Origin: a virus
Lineage: Duplodnaviria > Caudoviricetes
Virus record (IMG/VR): IMGVR_UViG_3300043447_000514
Coordinates: 1-35,044 of that record
Direction: 5' to 3' (one strand)
DNA: 35,044 nt
Below, piece after piece: positions 19,596 through 26,143 of the stretch. A model generated the notes under the pieces. The model worked only from the letters and a program-made list of their open reading frames with translations, was not told the DNA's origin and ran no database searches. The position numbers were made by a program, and so were the translations under genes. Position 1 is the stretch's first letter, and every line of letters starts with the position of its first letter.

Positions 19596-19893
19596 CCAGC
19601 CCGCCATCCTGGGCCTCATCGGCCTGGCGGGGCTGATCGTGCTGGGCTGGATCGTGCTGTCGGCGCTGGACAAGCCGGTCCCGGCCGAGGCGTGGCTGGC
19701 CGTCGGCGCGCTCGGCGGCATCGTCGGCGGCTGGGTCGGCAAGACGGTCGTCACCGAGGTCCGCGGCGCGATCGATTCAGCCCCGCCCGCGACCCCCCCG
19801 GATATCGCGGGTGCGGGCGCCCCTACCCCCCCTGCTGCTGCTGGTCCCGCCACGTGGTCGAGGACGACGACCGGGCCTGTCGGGCAGGATTGA
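19579..19893 (+). CDS. Two-TM holin-like protein
   Basis: Two hydrophobic helices, Pro-rich tail; TGATG-coupled to endolysin. Confidence 0.65.
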   Translation: MTRRPDQPAILGLIGLAGLIVLGWIVLSALDKPVPAEAWLAVGALGGIVGGWVGKTVVTEVRGAIDSAPPATPPDIAGAGAPTPPAAAGPATWSRTTTGPVGQD

Positions 19894-20891
19894 TGCGCTG
19901 CTGGCCGCTGGCCGCGCCCCGCACCGTGTCCTCGGGCTGGGGCTGGCGCTGGGGCGCGCTGCACGACGGCCTGGACTTCGCCTGCCCGGAGGGCACCCCG
20001 GTCTACTCCTGCCACGACGGCACGGTGCACACCCGCGCCTGGGACGAGGGCGGCTACGGCTGGTGGGTCGAGGTCGTCGGCGACGACGGCACCACCACCC
20101 ACTACGGGCACCTGTCCGACAACGAGCAGGTTCCGACCGGCAGCTGGCAGCCCGCCGGCACCCGCATCGGGCTGTCCGGCAACACCGGCGGATCGACCGG
20201 CCCGCACCTGCACCTGCGCGTCAAGGACACCGGCCAGGCGCAGGGCTACGACCCGGAGCCGTGGCTGGCCGGCGCCGCCGAGCCCGGCGCCCCGCAGCCC
20301 CACCAGCCCGCCACCGACGAGGCGCGCGTCGTGCGCTGGCTGCTCGACAACACCGGCTGGTCCCCCGCCGGCGTCGCCGGGGTCGCCGGGAACATCCAGC
20401 AGGAGTCCTCGTTCAACCCGACGATCACCGAGGGCGGCCGACCGTTCGACCAGCTCGACCATTACCGCGCGGGTGCGACCGCTGCGGGCTTCGGCCTGTG
20501 CCAGTGGTCGTTTGACGACGAGGAGATCAACGGAGAGACCGTCTACGGGCGGCTGTTCGGGGTGCGCGGCCTGCTCGCCTGGTGCGCCGCCAACGGCCTG
20601 GACCACGCCACGATCGACGGCCAGGGGCGCTTCATCCTCCACGAGGTCGCCGACTACTGGCCCGACCTCGGCGACCGGCTCGCCGCCGCCACCGACCCGT
20701 GGGCCGCCGCGCAGGACTTCGGGGCCGTGTTCGAGGGCTTCGGCGTCGCCGGCGCGCGCAACGAGTACGCCCAGGCGATCCACCCCCGCATCCTCGCCGG
20801 CGAGTTCGGGCCCGTCGGCCCCTCAAACCCGGTCGAGAAGCGCGCAACCGCCATCCCCGCGTCCCGCAAAGCCGTCCCCGCCTACACCTGA
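19893..20891 (+). CDS. Endolysin: M23 peptidase plus phage-tail-lysozyme-like domain
   Basis: HDGLD, YGHL, SGNTGGSTGPHLH (M23); AGVAGNIQQESSFNP..GFGLCQW (lysozyme-like). Confidence 0.9.
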   Translation: MRCWPLAAPRTVSSGWGWRWGALHDGLDFACPEGTPVYSCHDGTVHTRAWDEGGYGWWVEVVGDDGTTTHYGHLSDNEQVPTGSWQPAGTRIGLSGNTGGSTGPHLHLRVKDTGQAQGYDPEPWLAGAAEPGAPQPHQPATDEARVVRWLLDNTGWSPAGVAGVAGNIQQESSFNPTITEGGRPFDQLDHYRAGATAAGFGLCQWSFDDEEINGETVYGRLFGVRGLLAWCAANGLDHATIDGQGRFILHEVADYWPDLGDRLAAATDPWAAAQDFGAVFEGFGVAGARNEYAQAIHPRILAGEFGPVGPSNPVEKRATAIPASRKAVPAYT

Positions 20892-20900
20892 GGAGCACCC

Positions 20901-21161
20901 ATGCCGTTCATCTGGTCCGTCCGCGAACCCGCGGGCAACTGGTCGCACTACCTGCACTCCCCTTCGGGGATCGTCCACGTCGTGCACGGCAAGAACGGCG
21001 ACGGCGACCTCGACGTGGACGACTACGAGGTCAAGCCGATCACCCGCGCAGGGTTCAACAAGGTGCAGCTCACCGCCGCCTACATCCACCGGCTCGGCTG
21101 GAGGGACACCGGCGGCGGCGTCCTCGACCACGACGGGACGTACGTCTACGAGCGCCCGTGA
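20901..21161 (+). CDS. Hypothetical protein at end of lysis cassette
   Basis: GAGGAG RBS; 86 aa, aromatic/beta-rich. Confidence 0.72.
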   Translation: MPFIWSVREPAGNWSHYLHSPSGIVHVVHGKNGDGDLDVDDYEVKPITRAGFNKVQLTAAYIHRLGWRDTGGGVLDHDGTYVYERP

Positions 21162-21168
21162 CCCGCAC

Positions 21169-21197
21169 GCGCACCCCCAGCCGAGGGTCGGGGGCGC
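21169..21197. terminator. Imperfect hairpin between converging late operon and abi gene
   Basis: CCCCC..GGGGG stem flanked by GCGC; similar to the 22381-22418 hairpin. Confidence 0.4.
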
Positions 21198-21207
21198 CGT
21201 GGTGCGC

Positions 21208-22194
21208 CTAGGACCAGAGCGAAAGGGATTCCCAATCCTCAGGTAGTCCCATCCCGTCATGTATCGATAGCGCCGGATGGTCCGGGAAGTCGATGAGCAG
21301 GCCCCGCAGCGCCTGCGGCCACGGACTGTCCGCATCGAGATGCCGGACGAGCGACGCCGTGACGGCCAGCGCCGGATAGACCCTGGACCGGCTCCCCCCT
21401 TCGGCCAGGTGCGCCAGCGCGGGCGAAGCCTGGTCAGGATTCCACTTGCGGAATTTGTACGTCGGCGTCCGATTCCAGAACCTGGAGTGGTGCGCACAGA
21501 CGTTGCGCACGTAGTTCAGGTTCTTCATCCAGGTCCCGAACAGGGTGCCGTTCGACACGCCATGCAGGCCCGCCACCCGGTTGCGATCCTCTCCCCGCAT
21601 GAGCCTGAGCAGGCGCACCGTCGAACCGAAATCGATGAACTCAGTCGCCATCCAGATGGGCAGCGGCTCCCGGTACTTGTCGAGGTAGTGCGCGACGAAG
21701 TCCTCAGCCTCAGCCTTGCCCTGCTGTTCCGCGTAGGACCGCAGCCACTCGCCGAAGCGATCATCCGCGCCACCCGTGGATTCCTTGGCGCACTCGGTCT
21801 CGTTCAGGGCCCTGCGATCGACGTGGCCGAACGGGTCCCGCGCTCCGAGGACGTGAGCGAGCGCGGCCTTCAACCCGGTCTCGACCACCTCCAGCGCGTC
21901 CAGGACGACCAGCCTCAGCCTGCGGTCGAACTGCCACAACGACCGCACCGCCTCGAACGTCGATCCGTCTACGAAGTCGTTCGACCGGCGGGAGATCGAG
22001 CTGGAACTCTCGCCCAGCTCCTCTTCCGAGAATGCCCGCCTGAAGGGGTACATGTAGGCGGACAAGCGATAGTAGCCAACCGAGCGAAGCGTCAGCAGCG
22101 CCCGAGCTCGGTCCGAAACGGCCAACCCGCGGCCCTCAAGTAGGGCCAGCTGATCCTCGACGCTCAGATGCGGCTTCCGATAGTCCTCTGGCAC
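21208..22194 (-). CDS. Abi family (Abi_2/AbiD-AbiF-like) HEPN RNase
   Basis: KPHLSVEDQLALLEGRGL, VGYYRLSAY, FDRRLR, LPIWMATE..FG, HEPN RNVCAH-HSRFWNR; start GTG 22194 (ATG 22221 possible). Confidence 0.92.
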   Translation of the reverse strand: MPEDYRKPHLSVEDQLALLEGRGLAVSDRARALLTLRSVGYYRLSAYMYPFRRAFSEEELGESSSSISRRSNDFVDGSTFEAVRSLWQFDRRLRLVVLDALEVVETGLKAALAHVLGARDPFGHVDRRALNETECAKESTGGADDRFGEWLRSYAEQQGKAEAEDFVAHYLDKYREPLPIWMATEFIDFGSTVRLLRLMRGEDRNRVAGLHGVSNGTLFGTWMKNLNYVRNVCAHHSRFWNRTPTYKFRKWNPDQASPALAHLAEGGSRSRVYPALAVTASLVRHLDADSPWPQALRGLLIDFPDHPALSIHDGMGLPEDWESLSLWS

Positions 22195-22220
22195 CCCGCC
22201 ACCACTCTCGCGCGCACACA

Positions 22221-22275
22221 TGAAAACCGGCCCTTGATCACCCGCATGCGGGGAACAGAGGGGCCGGTGTTGATG
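22221..22275 (-). ncRNA. Structured leader/ncRNA upstream of abi gene (abiF-motif-like antitoxin candidate)
   Basis: Stem ACCGGCCC(22226-33)/GGGCCGGT(22261-68) enclosing palindrome CCCGCATGCGGG; followed by TTTT on the minus strand. Confidence 0.65.
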
Positions 22276-22280
22276 AAACC

Positions 22281-22311
22281 AGGGTAGCAATGCGCCCTCG
22301 TGCGCCGTCAA
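22281..22311 (-). promoter_or_regulatory. SigA-type promoter for ncRNA/abi
   Basis: TTGACG (22311-22306), 19 nt, extended TGc-TACCCT (22286-22281). Confidence 0.55.
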
Positions 22312-22380
22312 GGCCATTGACGCGCGCGCCGCCCCGCGCCTCATCCCGTCGCGGCGAGCGGAACCACTCCGCGGCATGGA

Positions 22381-22418
22381 AGCGCCCCCGACCCCTCAAC
22401 CGAGGGGCGGGGGCGCTT
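22381..22418. terminator. Intrinsic terminator hairpin
   Basis: AGCGCCCCCG-a-CCCCTC-aacc-GAGGGG-CGGGGGCGCT followed by TT. Confidence 0.7.
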
Positions 22419-22465
22419 TCGCGCGTCCGGGTCACGGGCAGTTCAGCGTCGCGGCGATCCGGGCG

Positions 22466-22579
22466 TCAACCCGTCTCGGTCCACGAGCCGCAGCGCTGCG
22501 AGGTGAACTCCTGCCCCTCCTCCGAGGTGACCGTGCGGATGCCGCCCGGGACGTGCGACATTTCCCGCGGTCGGGACAT
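22466..22579 (-). pseudogene. Possible C-terminal remnant of an actinobacterial exported-protein gene
   Basis: GIRTVTSEEGQEFTSQRCGSWTETG recalls the ..VTI....F.T.GCG.W.. end of actinobacterial secreted proteins; lies just upstream of the 22381 hairpin. Confidence 0.3.
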
Positions 22580-22631
22580 GACCGGCCGCCGGCCGCAATG
22601 ATGGGCGAGAAGCTCCGGAGAGGTGGGGACC

Positions 22632-23378
22632 ATGACAGATGACGCGACCCTCAGCGATGACAAGGCCGCCGCGGGGAAACCCGCGCGACAGCGCCCCGCC
22701 GTCCCGAAGTGGGAGTCCGCGGCCCGCGAGCGGGTGCGAACAGCGATCCGCCGGTTCGCCCGCCCGCTCGCCGACCTCCGAGACCGCGACGCCAACGAGG
22801 GCGACACCCGGCTGATCGTCACCGACTTCCTGTGCGACGCGCTCGGCTACGACAAGTACGAGAACCTCACCACCGAGTACCGGGTCAAGGGCGAGTTCGC
22901 GGACTACGGCGTCCGCATCGACAAGCAGCTCGAAGCGTTCATCGAGGTCAAGCGCATCAGCACCAAGCTCAACGAGAGGCACCTGCGCCAGGTGCTGTCC
23001 TACGCGGTCAACGAGGGCGTCGAGTGGGTGATGCTGACCAACGGGCAGGTGTGGCAGGCGTACCACATCACGGCGGGCCTACCGGTGCAGGTCGACAAGG
23101 CCATCGAGGTGGACCTCCTCGGCGACGGCACCGCCAGCGCGAAGGCCGACGACCTGTTCTACCTCACCATCGAGGCTGCGCGGCGCGACCTCATGGACGC
23201 CGTGTGGAAGGAGCAGGCAGCGACGTCGCCGGGCAGCCTCGCGCGGGCATGCCTGGACCCGTCCGTGGTCGAGGCGATCCGCCGCCAGGTGCGCCGCAGC
23301 ACCGGGCACAACGCAGACGGGGCGCGCATCGCCGACGTGTTGCGCGACGAGGTGATACGCCCGGAGCTGCTCCGCTGA
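22632..23378 (+). CDS. Stand-alone type I restriction HsdR_N-like PD-(D/E)XK nuclease
   Basis: ANEGDTR..LGYD..EYRVKGEFADY..FIEVK..Q..Y..WVMLTNG..W; no hsdM/hsdS. Confidence 0.85.
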   Translation: MTDDATLSDDKAAAGKPARQRPAVPKWESAARERVRTAIRRFARPLADLRDRDANEGDTRLIVTDFLCDALGYDKYENLTTEYRVKGEFADYGVRIDKQLEAFIEVKRISTKLNERHLRQVLSYAVNEGVEWVMLTNGQVWQAYHITAGLPVQVDKAIEVDLLGDGTASAKADDLFYLTIEAARRDLMDAVWKEQAATSPGSLARACLDPSVVEAIRRQVRRSTGHNADGARIADVLRDEVIRPELLR

Positions 23379-23423
23379 CCGGGGCGCCCCTCGGGCTGCA
23401 TCCGCGACCGGTATCGTCGTCGC

Positions 23424-23470
23424 GGTCCCGCCCGCTCCCTTCACCCCCCGAAGGTCGAGCGGGCGGGACC
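23424..23470. terminator. Strong hairpin with C-rich loop (terminator or sRNA)
   Basis: GGTCCCGCCCGCTC-CCTTC-ACCCCCC-GAAGG-tc-GAGCGGGCGGGACC. Confidence 0.6.
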
Positions 23471-23569
23471 CCCTTGCCGGGCTGTCAGCCCGCCGGGCGC
23501 GACGAAGGGCTTTGTGGGGCCGCCCCGGCCGCGTGGACTAGGGGAGCGGATGCGCGCAAGACTCGCGCT

Positions 23570-24316
23570 GTGGGTAGGGATGGGAAGCGCCTAGATCGGT
23601 GGGAACAGCGAACCGCCGATTTCATGGTCGGCCTCGCTCTCGCCTACCTGGTGTTGTTCGCCGTCTCCGTTCTCTGGCTCTCCATGCCGCCGATGGTTCG
23701 GGCGGTAGTCGGTTACGCGCAAGCGGCGATGTGGCTCGTGTTCCTCGCGGACTTCGGGGTACGCATCTGGCTGTCGCCGCGACGCTGGCGGTACGTCGCC
23801 AGCCACCCCATCGACCTTGTCACGATTCTGCTGCCCGCCATCCGGGCGCTGCGGGTGCTGCGGGTGTTCGCCGCCCTGCGGGTCATGTTCGAGCGCGGGC
23901 GCCGGATCGAGTTCGGGCGGCTGTGGGTGGGCCTGGCGGCGGCGGTCGTCTTTCTCGCGGTCGTCGGCGCGCTGGTCGTCCTCGACGCCGAGCGCGACGC
24001 GCCGGATGCCCTCATCACCACCTTCCCGGACGCCATCTGGTGGGCTTTTGTGACCATCACGACGGTGGGGTACGGCGACGAGTACCCCATAACGGCCATG
24101 GGGCAGGTGTCGGCCGTATTCCTCATGACAGCCGGCATCGGGCTGCTCGGGACCGTCACAGCCACCCTCGCAGCCTGGTTCGCCGAGCGCATCACCGGGC
24201 GCACTGACTCCGAGGTCGCCGAGGTGCTCGATGAACTTCGGGCGCTGAGGGCCGATCTGAACCGACTCCGCGCCGACCTTGACCGCCGCCAGGCGGGCTC
24301 GGATGCCGGGGAATGA
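23570..24316 (+). CDS. 6-TM voltage-gated potassium channel homolog
   Basis: Selectivity filter WWAFVTITTVGYGD; S4-like IRALRVLRVFAALR; HPIDL; C-terminal coiled coil. Confidence 0.93.
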   Translation: MGRDGKRLDRWEQRTADFMVGLALAYLVLFAVSVLWLSMPPMVRAVVGYAQAAMWLVFLADFGVRIWLSPRRWRYVASHPIDLVTILLPAIRALRVLRVFAALRVMFERGRRIEFGRLWVGLAAAVVFLAVVGALVVLDAERDAPDALITTFPDAIWWAFVTITTVGYGDEYPITAMGQVSAVFLMTAGIGLLGTVTATLAAWFAERITGRTDSEVAEVLDELRALRADLNRLRADLDRRQAGSDAGE

Positions 24317-24326
24317 CAGGGGTGCC

Positions 24327-25190
24327 TCAGCCGACCAGGCGCAGCGTGGGCCGCTCGGCCCAGGCCACGGCGGCCGCCAGCTCCTGGTCCGTGACGCCCA
24401 GGTAGCGCTGGGTGGTGGCCAGCGACGCGTGCCCGAGGAGGCGCTGCACGATGACGAGCGAGCCGCACTCCGCGTAGGTGCGCGTCGCGAACTTGTGCCG
24501 CAGGCTGTGAGCGGTCCACGGCCTGCCGAGCGCCCGCGTGAGCCGCTTGCCGACGGCGTCGGCCTGCACGTGCCCGCCGTAGGGGCTCGGGAAGGCCCAG
24601 CCCCTGCCCGCGAGCCAGGCGGCAACGTCGCTGGTCACCGGGATGGTGCGCTTCTTGCGCCCCTTGCCCTCGATCGTGACACAGCGCCCGACGAGCATGT
24701 CGGAGTGCAGCCCGGCCAGCTCGGCGCGGCGCATCCCGGTGGACTCGGCCACGCGCAGGAGCCAGTAGCGGTCCCCGCCCGCCCGTGACAGGGCAGCCTC
24801 GAACACGTCGTCGGGGCACGGCTTCGGGCAGGGCTCCGCCTCGGGCGGGGCTTCGAGGTGCCTCGTCGGGTCCTTCGCCCTCTTGGCCTTCGGCTCGCCG
24901 GCCCGCCTTTCGCGCGCCCTGCGCCGGCGCTCCCACGGTATCCACCAGGCATAGAACTGGCAGATGCTCGTGATGGCCGAGCGGCGCGTGTTGTCCGCCC
25001 AGTGCGGATGCGCCGCGAGCCACAGCTCGACATCGTCGACGTCTAGCTGCCCTGGGTGCCGCCCGGCGAGGAGCCGCCGCGCGTACCGCTGCCGTTGGGC
25101 GATCGTCCCCTGGCCGCGCCCCATCGCCCCCAGGTGCGCGCCGAAACCGATGAGAATCGGATCAGTCACGGGCACCACCTTCGCAGGCAC
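24327..25190 (-). CDS. int: Tyrosine integrase lacking N-terminal arm-binding domain
   Basis: TGMRRAE (R), GKG (K), HSLRH (HxxR), LGH, TTQRY (Y); about 287 aa; start GTG 25190 or 25169. Confidence 0.93.
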   Translation of the reverse strand: MPAKVVPVTDPILIGFGAHLGAMGRGQGTIAQRQRYARRLLAGRHPGQLDVDDVELWLAAHPHWADNTRRSAITSICQFYAWWIPWERRRRARERRAGEPKAKRAKDPTRHLEAPPEAEPCPKPCPDDVFEAALSRAGGDRYWLLRVAESTGMRRAELAGLHSDMLVGRCVTIEGKGRKKRTIPVTSDVAAWLAGRGWAFPSPYGGHVQADAVGKRLTRALGRPWTAHSLRHKFATRTYAECGSLVIVQRLLGHASLATTQRYLGVTDQELAAAVAWAERPTLRLVG

Positions 25191-25444
25191 TATGCACCGT
25201 CCGCCACAGGATCGCGCGCATCCGCCCCGCCGGCCGCGTACCGGATCGCACACTCCGCGTCGCGGCGGAGCAGCTCGACGGCGAAGGCGGGGTCGTTGGA
25301 CCATCTGTCGAGGATGCGCAGCTGTTCCTCGGCCGCGGCTCTCATGCCGCGCCGGTAGCCGCGGTCCCAGTGGGTGATCCTGCCGTCGTGGTCGCAGCGC
25401 GGGCAGCCGGGCCGCAGGCAGGCGCAGGGGGTCGGGGTGCTCAT
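25190..25444 (-). CDS. 84-aa Cys-rich hypothetical protein between repressor and integrase
   Basis: MSTPTPCACLRPGCPRCDH..; GAGGAG RBS; ATGA overlap with repressor stop and TAGTG overlap with int. Confidence 0.7.
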   Translation of the reverse strand: MSTPTPCACLRPGCPRCDHDGRITHWDRGYRRGMRAAAEEQLRILDRWSNDPAFAVELLRRDAECAIRYAAGGADARDPVADGA

Positions 25445-25815
25445 CGGGCGCTCCTCGCGTGCATGCCGACGACGGCGGCGGGTGTCCGGTAATCTGGCGA
25501 TTGCAGGTCGGAGCGGGCCGCCAGCCGGGCTGTCATGTCGATGACCTGTCCGGGTGTCCCGTAATCGGACGGTTGCTGGTTCGAATCCAGCCGCGGGAGC
25601 AAGTCCGTCACGCTGCACCTGAAAACCTTGGCGAGCATGTCCAGCTCGTCGAGCGACCATGCCAGGTCGCCGCGCACGCGCTTGGCCACCTGCGGCTGGC
25701 TCAACCCGATGGCGCGCGACAAGTCCGCGCCGCTCATCATCCGGCGGGCCATCATCACTCGTACTTCCTCGGCAACGTACTGCGAGGTTCTCGTCTGCGT
25801 CGGCGCTGCTCTCAC
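25441..25815 (-). CDS. Immunity repressor (XRE HTH), viral long form containing attP
   Basis: MSGADLSRAIGLSQPQVAKRVRG..WSLDEL HTH; LLPRLDSNQQPSD is the antisense translation of a tRNA 3' half. Confidence 0.9.
   Translation of the reverse strand: MRAAPTQTRTSQYVAEEVRVMMARRMMSGADLSRAIGLSQPQVAKRVRGDLAWSLDELDMLAKVFRCSVTDLLPRLDSNQQPSDYGTPGQVIDMTARLAARSDLQSPDYRTPAAVVGMHARSAR
25479..25512 (+). repeat. Degenerate direct copy of the attP left segment (25551-25584)
   Basis: cgggtgtccggtaatctggcgattgcaggtcgga vs cgggtgtcccgtaatcggacggttgctggttcga, 27/34 identical, 72 bp apart. Confidence 0.75.
25562..25600 (+). other. attP common core = 3' half of a tRNA (likely tRNA-Asn)
   Basis: TAA-TCGGA-CGGTT-GCTGG-TTCGAAT-CCAGC-CGCGGGA-G-C: anticodon 3' strand, variable loop, T-arm, acceptor strand, G discriminator. 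Confidence 0.88.
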
Positions 25816-25918
25816 CGTTCCAATCTATAGCCTCTGCCTATAGATTGCCAGTAGTGCGCTCACAAATGGTTCTTTCGGGCTATTCCCACCTATAGGCCAT
25901 GGCACTAGTTTCCTCTGT
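25816..25918. promoter_or_regulatory. Divergent repressor/cro switch region with operators and leaderless promoters
   Basis: AT-rich; inverted repeat CAATCTATAG-N7-CTATAGATTG (25821-25847); CCTATAGG at 25889; -10 TAGATT 6 nt before rep GTG; -10 TAGTTT 7 nt before cro ATG. Confidence 0.75.
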
Positions 25919-26143
25919 ATGGCACTCGATCTGAGCAGCAAAGATAGCGTCTCCGCCGAAATCCGCGCCGAACTCGGCAGGCAGCGGAAGCCGCAGGCAT
26001 TCCTCGCCGAAGTGCTGGACCTGAGTCAGGTTCAGGTCTCGGCTCGACTGCGGGGCGAAGTCGAATGGCGAGTCTCTGAGGTCGGGGCGGTTGCACAAGC
26101 CCTGGGCGTTCCCGTCTCGCAACTGATTCGGGACGCCGCGTGA
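25919..26143 (+). CDS. Cro-like HTH protein
   Basis: EIRAELGRQ..QAFLAEVLDLSQVQVSARLRGEVEW; divergent from repressor; ends in AA. Confidence 0.88.
   Translation: MALDLSSKDSVSAEIRAELGRQRKPQAFLAEVLDLSQVQVSARLRGEVEWRVSEVGAVAQALGVPVSQLIRDAA

Noticed and set aside
22195-22377. N-terminal extension of Abi protein to 22377
   Set aside because: Runs through the promoter and hairpin; family similarity begins at YRKPHLS
22709-24316. 535-aa fusion ORF ending in the K+ channel
   Set aside because: The N-terminal part is an off-frame overlap of the nuclease gene and hairpin DNA; channel homology begins near GTG 23570
25562-25600. Functional tRNA gene
   Set aside because: Only the 3' half is present; no 5' acceptor strand, D-arm or complete anticodon arm, so it is an att core
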